The translations under genes and the position numbers were made by a program. The notes beneath the pieces are model-generated. The model did not search any database. It was not told where the DNA came from and saw only the letters and a list, made by a program, of their open reading frames with translations. This document shows, piece after piece, positions 17,958 through 27,492 of a stretch of DNA of 50,664 bases (within the stretch, counting starts at the first letter, position 1; each line of letters opens with the position of its first letter). The stretch comes from a virus (Duplodnaviria > Heunggongvirae > Uroviricota > Caudoviricetes): the IMG/VR virus record IMGVR_UViG_3300025162_000019, positions 138,826 through 189,489 of that record, one strand, 5' to 3'.

Positions 17958-20882
17958 TTATTCTTCTTCTATAAATGTGCAATAATCAATTAAAATATTT
18001 GGAAACTGACTTTTATCTAAAGCTATATCTCTAAGCTTGTTGTTTCCGGTATAAGTAGATTCATTAACAGTATATTTGGGAAACTCGGTTACGGTATCCT
18101 TTAGAGCTGCTACAAAATTAAATCCTATAGTAAGATTATTAACACCAGTAAAACCAGCTATACCTACCGGACTTTGATATGATATAATACTATTATTACC
18201 TAACTGGCCATTTGTATTATTACCCCATGCCCACAAAGAAGTATCAGAACCCCGAATACCCATTGTTGTATAAAAGTTATTCATTTTTATATCCTTAAAA
18301 CTTATACCACCTTGAACAGAAACAGGGCTTGAATAATTCGTAGCATTACCAGTACCTAAGTTGCCTTGAGGATTATAGCCCCATGACCAAGCAGAGCCAT
18401 CTAAACCATTTATAGCAAAACAACTTGCACCATCAGTTATAAACTTTGTATAACTACGATTTCCTATTACTGAAACAGGATTTGATTGACTGCCTATAGT
18501 CCCATTACCTAACTGGCCATAATTATTAGCACCCCAAGTCCATAAATTCCCTGTTTCATTTTCAATACCGCCAATAGAATTCAACTGACTAAATTGTATT
18601 CCTCCAGCTACAGAAATAGGGCTTGAATAGTTATCAGTAGTATTATTTCCTAACTGGCCAAATGTATTATCGCCCCATGCCCAAGCAGTTAAAGTGAGAA
18701 GATTCAAACCATATACATAGTTATTATCTACAACTATCTGCTTATAACTTATGCCGCCAAGAACTGAAACTGGCCTTGATTTATCTATTGTTGTGCCATC
18801 ACCTAATTGCCCATAAGTATTCAATCCCCATGACCATGCTTGATTACTCTTAGACAAACCAATAACAAAATTATTACCATTAATATATAATTTTTTATAT
18901 TTATTACCGCCAAGAACTGAGGTAGGACTTGACCTATCATTATAATCACCAACACCTAATTGTCCATTTGTATTATATCCCCACGCCCAAGCAGTATCAT
19001 CAGACATACGAATGCCTATGGCAGTTTTACCATCACAAAAAATATCACTAAAAATAATATTCCCTATGACAGAAACAGGGCTTACTTTGTTAGTAATAGT
19101 CCCATCACCTAGCTGCCCTTTATCATTTTGGCCCCATGACCATAATGTACCATCTTCTTTTAATCCATAAATGGAATTACTGTTTGATACAATCTTTGTA
19201 AAGCTCAAATTATTATGTATAACAACTGGCGAATGAACTTCTGCCCAATTAGAATCATTATTACCTAACTGCCCATATGTATTATCACCCCAAGTCCAAG
19301 CCATATTATTTGAATCAGGCTCAGATATTGTAACACTATCTATATCTATATCTCTAACTAAAAGATATTGTATTCCCTTTACATTAGAAAATGTTTCAGT
19401 TAAAGATATATTATTTGTATTCAATATATACTCAATTATATCAGTAATCTTTATCGTTTCTTGAAAACTACGATTATACTTTGAAAAATAATAATTCAAC
19501 TTACTTTTAACATCAGCCTCAACTAAACTGAAAGAATATGATGGCTTTACCTTTATGCCTATTTTGATTATAAAATTTAATATATCAGGTAAAACATAAG
19601 TATCATATGTTGAAATTATTTTTCTTGTTGCTAAATATTCTGTTAGTTTTCTCTTGTAATCTTCTGAATATATAATAGGTATAACTTCATGACCTGATTC
19701 ATCTTGTGAAATACTTATAGTTCCTGTACCCCATTCATCAGGTATAACAGTAATAAAAATTTTGTTATAATCTCCAGTATTACCTAATGGCGATTCTTCC
19801 ATCTCACCCCAAACACTTGCAGCAACAACATCAGTTCTTTGCTCAAGATGCTTAATATAATCAATAGAAGTAACATTTCTAAACTGTGAATGAAATGTGC
19901 CACTTGAATTATCTTTCATATCCTTTATAAGTTCAGGGTCAACACCACCAGTTGCGGCGGTATGGGTAATAGTTACATAATCAGAATCAATAGTATTGCC
20001 ATTAGTAAGATATGCTAATGTTGTTATATTATAAATAAACTCCGTATTTACAGGATTTATTATAGTATTTTCTTCAACATTTCCTTTCTTACCATATGAT
20101 TCTAATACCTTTACAATAATTTTATCTGTGGGTTTAGGAACACCACTTGATACTAAAAATTCAATAGAATATGTTTGATACTTGTCAAACTTAAACATAT
20201 AAATATTACTTTCATTTAATAGACCTGTAACTTCATTATAAAAATTATTCACTCTAACCCAAATATCATTTCCAACTTGAACTTCAATAGATGGCAGATC
20301 ATCATTCAAATCATTATCATAATCAAAGTTTAATGAAGGTAAATATAACTTATTATCTGATAGGTCTAATCCTGTATAGCTATATGTTTTAACTTCACCT
20401 TGCTTTACTGGAACTTGAAATGCGAATGGAAAAGAATCTTCTGTAATTGAAACAGTTGTAGTAGTTGTAGTGGTAAACTTTACTAGGTTCCCATCTTCGT
20501 TTTTCTCTGTAGATTCAATTTCTGTCCAAGCAGGAATAGTAAGTGTATCATATACAACTGCACCCGCTGATGGCCCAACACTTATTGTTAATGTTGTATT
20601 AGAAGATACATAACCTTTTGGCTCATATCCTTTAAGACTTGATAACATATGTGTTGTTTCATATATATCAGACGTATCAATATAATGATTTTTTACAACC
20701 TTATTAATATAAAAAGATGATATAGAACCAGCATATGAAACTAGTTCATCCAAAATAGCTAAATTATTACCATCTTTCAAATAATCCTTAAACACCATAT
20801 CATTACTAAGAACATTTAAAAAATCACTTTTAATTATATCAAAAGTCTTATCAAAATATTCAGGTACTAAATCATTTGACAT
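17958..20882 (-). CDS. gp6: gp6-like baseplate wedge protein with inserted RCC1 repeats (copy B)
   Basis: Colinear paralog of 15180..17936 (KGYEP, ATGGVDPELIKDMK, RNVTSIDY); 8 RCC1 repeats at about 18100-19310. Confidence 0.85.
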   Translation of the reverse strand: MSNDLVPEYFDKTFDIIKSDFLNVLSNDMVFKDYLKDGNNLAILDELVSYAGSISSFYINKVVKNHYIDTSDIYETTHMLSSLKGYEPKGYVSSNTTLTISVGPSAGAVVYDTLTIPAWTEIESTEKNEDGNLVKFTTTTTTTVSITEDSFPFAFQVPVKQGEVKTYSYTGLDLSDNKLYLPSLNFDYDNDLNDDLPSIEVQVGNDIWVRVNNFYNEVTGLLNESNIYMFKFDKYQTYSIEFLVSSGVPKPTDKIIVKVLESYGKKGNVEENTIINPVNTEFIYNITTLAYLTNGNTIDSDYVTITHTAATGGVDPELIKDMKDNSSGTFHSQFRNVTSIDYIKHLEQRTDVVAASVWGEMEESPLGNTGDYNKIFITVIPDEWGTGTISISQDESGHEVIPIIYSEDYKRKLTEYLATRKIISTYDTYVLPDILNFIIKIGIKVKPSYSFSLVEADVKSKLNYYFSKYNRSFQETIKITDIIEYILNTNNISLTETFSNVKGIQYLLVRDIDIDSVTISEPDSNNMAWTWGDNTYGQLGNNDSNWAEVHSPVVIHNNLSFTKIVSNSNSIYGLKEDGTLWSWGQNDKGQLGDGTITNKVSPVSVIGNIIFSDIFCDGKTAIGIRMSDDTAWAWGYNTNGQLGVGDYNDRSSPTSVLGGNKYKKLYINGNNFVIGLSKSNQAWSWGLNTYGQLGDGTTIDKSRPVSVLGGISYKQIVVDNNYVYGLNLLTLTAWAWGDNTFGQLGNNTTDNYSSPISVAGGIQFSQLNSIGGIENETGNLWTWGANNYGQLGNGTIGSQSNPVSVIGNRSYTKFITDGASCFAINGLDGSAWSWGYNPQGNLGTGNATNYSSPVSVQGGISFKDIKMNNFYTTMGIRGSDTSLWAWGNNTNGQLGNNSIISYQSPVGIAGFTGVNNLTIGFNFVAALKDTVTEFPKYTVNESTYTGNNKLRDIALDKSQFPNILIDYCTFIEEE

Positions 20883-20885
20883 ATA

Positions 20886-21281
20886 TTATCCTCTTTTAAG
20901 AATTGTGGTAACAGAATATATATTACTGGAACTTATAGAACCTACGATAGAAAAATTAACGGTTACTTCATATTGGTTATTATCATAATTTGATTGAACA
21001 TTCAAATTTTCTATTTTAATTCTTTTTTCCCATGTTTGAATTGATGATAAAAATTCAGAACCAATTCTTCTAGCTGTTATATCGTCCATTGGCTCAAATA
21101 ATAACTTATAAAAATTACTACCAAACTCAGGTAACATTCTTCTGCTACCCATCATTGTTGTCATTATATTTTTTAATGAGTTTCTAATGGAATCTATATC
21201 AGTATTTAACTCAACATCACCATCGTTTTGTCTGAATAGATCGCCATTAAAATCTGAATACATATAATCTTTAGTTGCCAT
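20886..21281 (-). CDS. gp25: gp25 baseplate wedge subunit
   Basis: DIDSIRNSLKNI...GSRRMLPEFGS...LFEPMD...WEKRI. Confidence 0.92.
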   Translation of the reverse strand: MATKDYMYSDFNGDLFRQNDGDVELNTDIDSIRNSLKNIMTTMMGSRRMLPEFGSNFYKLLFEPMDDITARRIGSEFLSSIQTWEKRIKIENLNVQSNYDNNQYEVTVNFSIVGSISSSNIYSVTTILKRG

Positions 21282-21298
21282 TTTTATTTCCTCTTATG

Positions 21299-21306
21299 TA
21301 TTTATA
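21299..21306 (-). promoter_or_regulatory. late promoter TATAAATA upstream of gp25
   Basis: Exact consensus, intergenic, just upstream of GAGG SD. Confidence 0.55.
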
Positions 21307-21327
21307 CAATAAACTATTTAATCAATT

Positions 21328-21987
21328 TTAAGGTATTACATCTTCAATAATTTCATGTAATGATGGAACTTCTGGTATTGTTGGTAAAGTAACATTTGGT
21401 AAAGTCACATCTCCAATACCACCACCTAAAGATGATATTTTTGCTTGTATTTGCGGCACAATTGTAGGTATTTTTGTAGCTAATATAACTTGATTTTCTA
21501 TAATTGCTATATATGGTTGAGTAAATTGATTGATTACTTTCTTTATCCATGTTAATAATGAAGTTGGATTGATTGAAGGTACAATCATTAATGGCGCTAA
21601 AAATGATAACTCAGCTTGCATATTACTCACAAGATTGTTAAGTTCTTGATCAATTTTTAATGAATAACTTTGTAGTTCTCTCAAATCATTTATCATTTCT
21701 ATTTTTGAAGTAATACCATCGAGATATGATGAAACATCCATAGTTGGTAATTTTGGTATGGATGCTGTATAATCAAATTTTGGAAACTCAAGGTTTGATA
21801 ATGTATCCAATTTAAATTTTACATTCGGCAACTCTGGCATAGCAGGCAATTTAGGCAAAACTGTTGCTCTTTTATTCAAATCTATTTTACTAAATGCTGC
21901 TTTTTTTGCTGTTTCTATAGCAGAAAAATCAACTTTTGGTACAGATATTTCTGGTGGTACTAAATTAGGTAAAAGTGTGAATGGCAT
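21328..21987 (-). CDS. Pro-rich hypothetical protein (219 aa), probably virion-associated
   Basis: AGGAGG SD; lies between gp5 and gp25; LPKLP/LPTIP-type repeats at both ends. Confidence 0.65.
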   Translation of the reverse strand: MPFTLLPNLVPPEISVPKVDFSAIETAKKAAFSKIDLNKRATVLPKLPAMPELPNVKFKLDTLSNLEFPKFDYTASIPKLPTMDVSSYLDGITSKIEMINDLRELQSYSLKIDQELNNLVSNMQAELSFLAPLMIVPSINPTSLLTWIKKVINQFTQPYIAIIENQVILATKIPTIVPQIQAKISSLGGGIGDVTLPNVTLPTIPEVPSLHEIIEDVIP

Positions 21988-21999
21988 ATAAACCTCCTA

Positions 22000-22827
22000 T
22001 TAAATTATTGATACAACTATACCATCTTTTACAGTAACATTTTTATTCCCAGCATCAAAACTACCATTAGCACCATTTCCAACTGAAACACTTTTAGTAG
22101 TCGTTACATCACCAACACATATTATATTCTGCGAAGTTAAAGTAATATTACCAATAGCTTTTATTGATACATCACCACCTGTTGTAATATCCCAATCACC
22201 ACCAATTTGAGCTGTTTTATTACCAGCAATACCGTCTGTACTATTTGCAATACAACTAAGTAAAACATCACCATCTTTATCTATTTCTATATAAGTTCCT
22301 GAACAATGAAATAATGTTATTTTTTCATTACCGGGAGTTGAATCAAATTCTATATAATGCCCACTATGAACAGATAAAATAACACTATGAGGATATACAC
22401 CATATCCAGCATTCCAATCTGGTTGACCTACTTTATCAGGATATACACCATCTGGATCACTAAATCCTTTACTTGTGTCTGGTGATTCAGTTGGTATGGC
22501 TGGAGCGGATGCAAAATATCTAGGTTGCATTATATTACCAGCCTCAAAGAACACAAATACATGAGAACCCTGTAATGGTACACCAAACCAACCATACTTA
22601 GAAATAGAACCCTCAATCAAACTTAATGCTGGTTGAGCCCAAGGCAATTCAGCTGTTGGTATACCTTCAGTTGCTGATTTAGTTTTCATTTCAGTATGTA
22701 TACCAAAAATACGAACTTTACATCGTCCTGCTTTTAAGGGATCAACATTATCTTCAACTACACCACGATATATTGAATTTAATTTATCCTGTGGTAACTT
22801 AACATCTTTAAATGTATTTTTATCCAT
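22000..22827 (-). CDS. gp5: gp5-like baseplate central spike (OB-fold plus short beta-helix, no lysozyme domain)
   Basis: YRGVVEDNVDPLKAGRCKVRIFGIH, LPWAQP, GSHVFVFF, YPH...HSGHYIEFDSTPGNEKI..FHCSGTYIEI. Confidence 0.9.
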   Translation of the reverse strand: MDKNTFKDVKLPQDKLNSIYRGVVEDNVDPLKAGRCKVRIFGIHTEMKTKSATEGIPTAELPWAQPALSLIEGSISKYGWFGVPLQGSHVFVFFEAGNIMQPRYFASAPAIPTESPDTSKGFSDPDGVYPDKVGQPDWNAGYGVYPHSVILSVHSGHYIEFDSTPGNEKITLFHCSGTYIEIDKDGDVLLSCIANSTDGIAGNKTAQIGGDWDITTGGDVSIKAIGNITLTSQNIICVGDVTTTKSVSVGNGANGSFDAGNKNVTVKDGIVVSII

Positions 22828-24116
22828 TATCTTTTTCCTAATATAGAATCAACTTTAATATTTGTATTTGTAGATTTTGACAATGTTTTATCATTGCTTT
22901 CCGTATAAGCATTTTTCAATAGAACTATTTTTTGCTTAAATACAGGGTCTTGTTTTCCACTAAAATGATTTGTAACTGATTTTATTAAAAATTTACCATC
23001 TAATGTGCTATTAAGAACTTGATCCCTCATTTCAGTACTTGGCCATTTTATATTCGTAAGTAAGCCAGGGTATCTTCTTTCATGTCCTTTAACTGTTATT
23101 GTTGCTGATAATTGTTTAGAGTATCTTTTTATAAAATCACATTCATGAATATTTCTAATTACATCAGCATCATCTTCACCTGACATAACAAAATTATCAT
23201 TTGGTGAACTTATTGTATCAGGAAATAAAGTATTTTTACCTAGCATAGTAAATTTAGAAATAACATCTGTATAAGTAAATGATTCATCTATTAATTTTTT
23301 CTTTAAAAAATCATAACCTAAAACTCTTGATCCTTTTAATTGCTTTATTGCTGAATTATCTATACTATCCATCTTCCAATCTAAAATTGTATTATATGTT
23401 TTTGTTTTATCGCCATCTTTATTAAAAAATTCATAATAAATTATTTTATTATTTTCATCCTTTTCAACATCGGTACTTTGAAATAATTTATTTATTGTAA
23501 CTAAATTCAGTCCTCTTGTATTAAAATAATATAAATATCCAGCCGTTTTGGATTCTGAGCCTGATCCTCTTTCAACTAACCAACGTATTGCTTCAGATGG
23601 CGTCCAATAGGGCATAAAAAAATATGATAATTTTTCTCTCGTATTCTCAAATATTTTAAAAGTTTCAATACTTAACATATTTTTAGTTATATCTTTAATA
23701 ATATCCGATATTCTTTTATCTGTCCATGATATATTATATCTTTTATCCATTAGATTAGAATAATTAGTATCGACAAGAAATAAATCTATTTGACTCATTG
23801 AATTAGACTTTATTTTATCCATAGGATTCATGCTATCGACATTAAAAATATTAAATATAATAGTTACTACTTCTAACTCACCATATTGAATAACAATATT
23901 TTCATGCCCTGTAAATGGTAAAAATTCTGCTAACCCTCCTTTATCATAAAAAGATATTTTACCAACTAAACAAAATGAAAATATATCTTCTATAAAGTAT
24001 ATTTCAGATATATCTTCAAGATTTATATGGAAAACTCTTCCGTTTGAAAGAAGCTTAACATTAAATACTCCTTTATCTTCTTTTATATTTGCATTTACAT
24101 CATCAGTATTACTCAT
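22827..24116 (-). CDS. baseplate hub protein (gp27-like)
   Basis: Between gp53 and gp5; IYFIEDIF, PYWTPSEAIRWL, LDGKFLIKSVTNHF typical of hub/late-control D-like proteins. Confidence 0.7.
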   Translation of the reverse strand: MSNTDDVNANIKEDKGVFNVKLLSNGRVFHINLEDISEIYFIEDIFSFCLVGKISFYDKGGLAEFLPFTGHENIVIQYGELEVVTIIFNIFNVDSMNPMDKIKSNSMSQIDLFLVDTNYSNLMDKRYNISWTDKRISDIIKDITKNMLSIETFKIFENTREKLSYFFMPYWTPSEAIRWLVERGSGSESKTAGYLYYFNTRGLNLVTINKLFQSTDVEKDENNKIIYYEFFNKDGDKTKTYNTILDWKMDSIDNSAIKQLKGSRVLGYDFLKKKLIDESFTYTDVISKFTMLGKNTLFPDTISSPNDNFVMSGEDDADVIRNIHECDFIKRYSKQLSATITVKGHERRYPGLLTNIKWPSTEMRDQVLNSTLDGKFLIKSVTNHFSGKQDPVFKQKIVLLKNAYTESNDKTLSKSTNTNIKVDSILGKR

Positions 24117-24493
24117 TATAAATCCGCCATATCCCTCATTTCTCTCATTAAATAAGATATATAATAATTTCTCAATATTTTTATATTTTGACCATCTTCT
24201 AATTCTTCAAATGGATTAATAACATTATTGATCAAGCATACTACCCACCACAAATTTATATTATCGTGTACTTTATCAGCTATATTTTCCCAAAAATCTT
24301 TATTATCAATTTCATAGGTGTCATAAAAAACAATATCATTTTTTACAGAATCATTAATAGAATATGATCTAAAAATATTTAAAAATTTTGTACCATCATC
24401 ATCTAAAATATTAAACATTCTTAAAAACGATGAATTTAATAATGTATGATCTGTTAAATCAAAAAAATTATCAGTTGCTTTATTTGTTGACAT
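24116..24493 (-). CDS. gp53: gp53 baseplate wedge subunit (LysM-like)
   Basis: YEIDNKDFWENIADKVHDNINLWWVVCLINNVINPF. Confidence 0.85.
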   Translation of the reverse strand: MSTNKATDNFFDLTDHTLLNSSFLRMFNILDDDGTKFLNIFRSYSINDSVKNDIVFYDTYEIDNKDFWENIADKVHDNINLWWVVCLINNVINPFEELEDGQNIKILRNYYISYLMREMRDMADL

Positions 24494-24596
24494 TTTATTC
24501 TCCTGTTAAATAATTACATTAATGCTTGCCCAGAATCTGCGATATTAAAGAAATTATTATATACTTTATCCTTAAAACTTTCAGTTGCTACACCAT

Positions 24597-25382
24597 TTAT
24601 TTTTTACTTGTAGTTAATAAAGTACCATTAAATGATGTATTAAAAACGGGTAAAAGTCCTTGAAATGATAATGTAAGTTCGCAAGATGTAGGTAAATTAA
24701 ATATAAAAGGCGCTTTATATGTATATTGAACACCTGTTAAAACAGCGTAATCTAAATTTATAAGATCGCCACCATTAGATGATTTTATAAAAAAAACATG
24801 AGGTGGTAAAATAACTTCCATATCCCCTTTCCTTTGTGGGGATGAGAATGATTGTAGAGCACGGACTGTATTAATTATATTTTGTTTTGGCGAGCCGCAG
24901 TCATATAAAGTAAATGTAAATTCCATTGCTCTTCTACCTGTATTTTTATACACCATAGAAACATCAGGTCTTGAATAATTTACAGGTGTTTTATTTAAAG
25001 CACCTACTGCATTACTTGACATTTCTCCCGTTTCCCCGCCACCAAAAGCACCTTTTGTACCTTCTACTAATGCATTTTTTAAACCACTCAATTCTTTTCC
25101 GGCTTTTCCAAGTGTCTGACCCAATTCAGCACCTCTCGATGCAATACTATCATAATCAGCATATTCATGTGTTAAAGTTTCTGTTATATCATTTGGCGCT
25201 AAAAATTTAAATGTATGAAATTTTGATTCTAATTCAATAGTCATTCTAGCACCTGTTGGCTGACTTTTTAAAGGATATACATCTATTTCAATCCAAACCA
25301 AAGAATCAAAATTTGCAATATTTAACCATCCCTGTACTGGATTCTGTGTAATAGAACCTACTAATTCTATTTTATTATCCAT
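24597..25382 (-). CDS. gp48/gp54-like baseplate tail-tube initiator; C-terminus may extend to 24514 in the -1 frame
   Basis: RRAMEFTFTL, LPPHVFFI, AVLTGVQYTY, SCELTLSFQ tube-fold motifs. Confidence 0.7.
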   Translation of the reverse strand: MDNKIELVGSITQNPVQGWLNIANFDSLVWIEIDVYPLKSQPTGARMTIELESKFHTFKFLAPNDITETLTHEYADYDSIASRGAELGQTLGKAGKELSGLKNALVEGTKGAFGGGETGEMSSNAVGALNKTPVNYSRPDVSMVYKNTGRRAMEFTFTLYDCGSPKQNIINTVRALQSFSSPQRKGDMEVILPPHVFFIKSSNGGDLINLDYAVLTGVQYTYKAPFIFNLPTSCELTLSFQGLLPVFNTSFNGTLLTTSKK

Positions 25383-25392
25383 CGTATTCTCC

Positions 25393-27480
25393 TTAGCTAT
25401 TAATCAATGCAAAAGGCATTGGCATTGAAATAGGTATATCATGCTGTGGTTGAGAACTTTCATCTATAGTTGTAGATGCTTGTAAAACTGCATTACTTGT
25501 ATTTATATTATTATTTGTATTTTCCGAAACCATTTTTCCAAACTCATCTACACTCTTTTTATCCTTTTCATTTTCAACTTTAGCCTTTTCATCTTCAGCT
25601 TTAATAATATTATTTGATGACTCCTTTATCGGAGAATTTAGCATTTCATTTTTTGTTACTGCTAAACCACCGACACTAATATCAGCCGTTTGTAAAGTCT
25701 GTGATAATTTATTTGATATATTGTTTGCTGATGGTAATATTGATTGAGTACTAGCAGGTGTAGATGTAGATGCTGACTTTCCTATTGATGATGTACTAGC
25801 AGATGCAGATGTAGATGCTGACTTTCCTATTGATGATGTACTAGCAGGTGTAGATGTAGATGCTGACTTTCCTATTGATGATGTACTAGCAGGTGTAGAT
25901 GTAGATGCCGTAAATCCCCTAGATGCTCCGCCACCACCAGACATCCCACTACCTACTACTGGTGCAGTTACTGTACCGGATACTTTAGCTTTTTGTTCAT
26001 CCTTAACTTTTTGCTCATCTTGCTGTTTTTTTGTTGGTAAGCCAAACCATCCCCTAGCCCAATCAGGAATAAATCCAATCATTTTTTCAAAAAGCCAATT
26101 AAAACCATCACCTATCATATTACTAAGACCTGTAAATGGCTTCATCCAATTTATATTAGTAGCCCAGTTAGTTAAATCCATCCAGCTTTCAGAAACCATT
26201 TGTCCAAACATCATCATAGCTGTAGCGACATCTTTAGTACTCACCATTCCAAATGTAATACCACTAATAGCACCAGCAATAGCACTACCAATTTTTGATA
26301 ATATACCATCACCACCAAAAATATTATTTACTTCTTTATCATTCCATCCACTAAAAGCCTTATAAAGTATAAAACCTAAATATAGAAATGCTAAAACAGT
26401 AGGATTTTTCATAAGACTAAAAATAAGTTTTATTCCAGAACCTAACATACTAAAAATAGGGCCTATTAAACCACCTATAAATGAAAATAGTCCAGAACTC
26501 ATACCTTTTAATTTACTCAAAAGACCTTTCTTTTCGCCACCTTCTCTTTCATCTGCTAATTTATTTACTTTTACATATGCTAAAAATGCCGTAGCAATAC
26601 TCTTTATCTTTCCCGCTAAATTATCTTTTGTTTTTTCTATATCAATTGTTGGTTCTATAGTTTTTGCACTCCACCAACCTTGCTGTCCAGAAATATTAGG
26701 AAGTAAACTTTTTGTTGCTCCGCCACTTAAATGATCATATAAATCCTTAAATATTTCAGTTTCAATATTAACTGCTTTTGTTGTTGCAGATTCTTCTATT
26801 TTAGGTTCTTTTAATTTGTCTCTTTTAAACATACTACCAAAAGTTCTAAATCCATTCCATAATGATTTGAATGAACTTTTAGCTAAAGTATAAATTTTCA
26901 TTATTTCAGGGCCCATTAAATTTTCAAATTCTGATTGTATTATAGTTTTAGCATCATTAAAAGCATCTTTAAAAGATTCTACAGCTTCACCTTCTTTATC
27001 TGCAAATTTTTTCCACATATTAGACCATACACTATTTTGTTTAATTGTAATATCTTTTATACTAGAAGATAGTCCCCTTTTAGTTTTATCTGTAATATAT
27101 TTTTTCCATCCGCCACTTGCAGAATCGGCAATAGTTTTATTATAGCCAGTTAAATAATTTCCAATAACTTTTGCTGTTTTTAATGTATGTTCATTTATAC
27201 TTTTAGAAATTGTATCTTTCCTAAATAATGAAAATATTTTAGAACCAAAACTTCTAAAAGTACCAATATATGATTTTTCTATATAATCATTTGTTTGCTT
27301 TCCAACATCTTCACCAATTTTATCATCAGTCTTTTTAACAGCATCGGCTAATGATTGATTAAAATGTTTAGCAAGAGAATCAACACCTCTTTCAATACTA
27401 TTTAATACTTTAGTCTGATCACCTAAATGCTTATTAATTCTTTTACTTATATCAGCTACATTAGAAAATTCATCTGCCAT
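25393..27480 (-). CDS. tape-measure/gp29-like baseplate hub protein with Ser/Thr-rich repeat
   Basis: Long, helical, with hydrophobic Gly/Phe-rich middle; located downstream of the tail chaperone-like genes. Confidence 0.6.
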   Translation of the reverse strand: MADEFSNVADISKRINKHLGDQTKVLNSIERGVDSLAKHFNQSLADAVKKTDDKIGEDVGKQTNDYIEKSYIGTFRSFGSKIFSLFRKDTISKSINEHTLKTAKVIGNYLTGYNKTIADSASGGWKKYITDKTKRGLSSSIKDITIKQNSVWSNMWKKFADKEGEAVESFKDAFNDAKTIIQSEFENLMGPEIMKIYTLAKSSFKSLWNGFRTFGSMFKRDKLKEPKIEESATTKAVNIETEIFKDLYDHLSGGATKSLLPNISGQQGWWSAKTIEPTIDIEKTKDNLAGKIKSIATAFLAYVKVNKLADEREGGEKKGLLSKLKGMSSGLFSFIGGLIGPIFSMLGSGIKLIFSLMKNPTVLAFLYLGFILYKAFSGWNDKEVNNIFGGDGILSKIGSAIAGAISGITFGMVSTKDVATAMMMFGQMVSESWMDLTNWATNINWMKPFTGLSNMIGDGFNWLFEKMIGFIPDWARGWFGLPTKKQQDEQKVKDEQKAKVSGTVTAPVVGSGMSGGGGASRGFTASTSTPASTSSIGKSASTSTPASTSSIGKSASTSASASTSSIGKSASTSTPASTQSILPSANNISNKLSQTLQTADISVGGLAVTKNEMLNSPIKESSNNIIKAEDEKAKVENEKDKKSVDEFGKMVSENTNNNINTSNAVLQASTTIDESSQPQHDIPISMPMPFALINS
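25748..25908 (+). repeat. 45-bp tandem direct repeat, about 3.5 copies, encoding ASTS(T/A)(P/S)ASTSSIGKS
   Basis: gtactagc recurs at 25748, 25793, 25838 and 25883; copies nearly identical. Confidence 0.95.
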
Positions 27481-27492
27481 ATCTCTATCCTA

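Noticed and set aside
15320-19310. Diversity-generating retroelement acting on the RCC1 repeats
   Set aside because: No reverse transcriptase and no template/variable repeat pair differing only at adenines is visible in this window
21353-21550. Alternative-frame minus-strand ORFs nested in longer genes (also 40456..40662, 40891..41076)
   Set aside because: Fully inside supported genes, with no motifs
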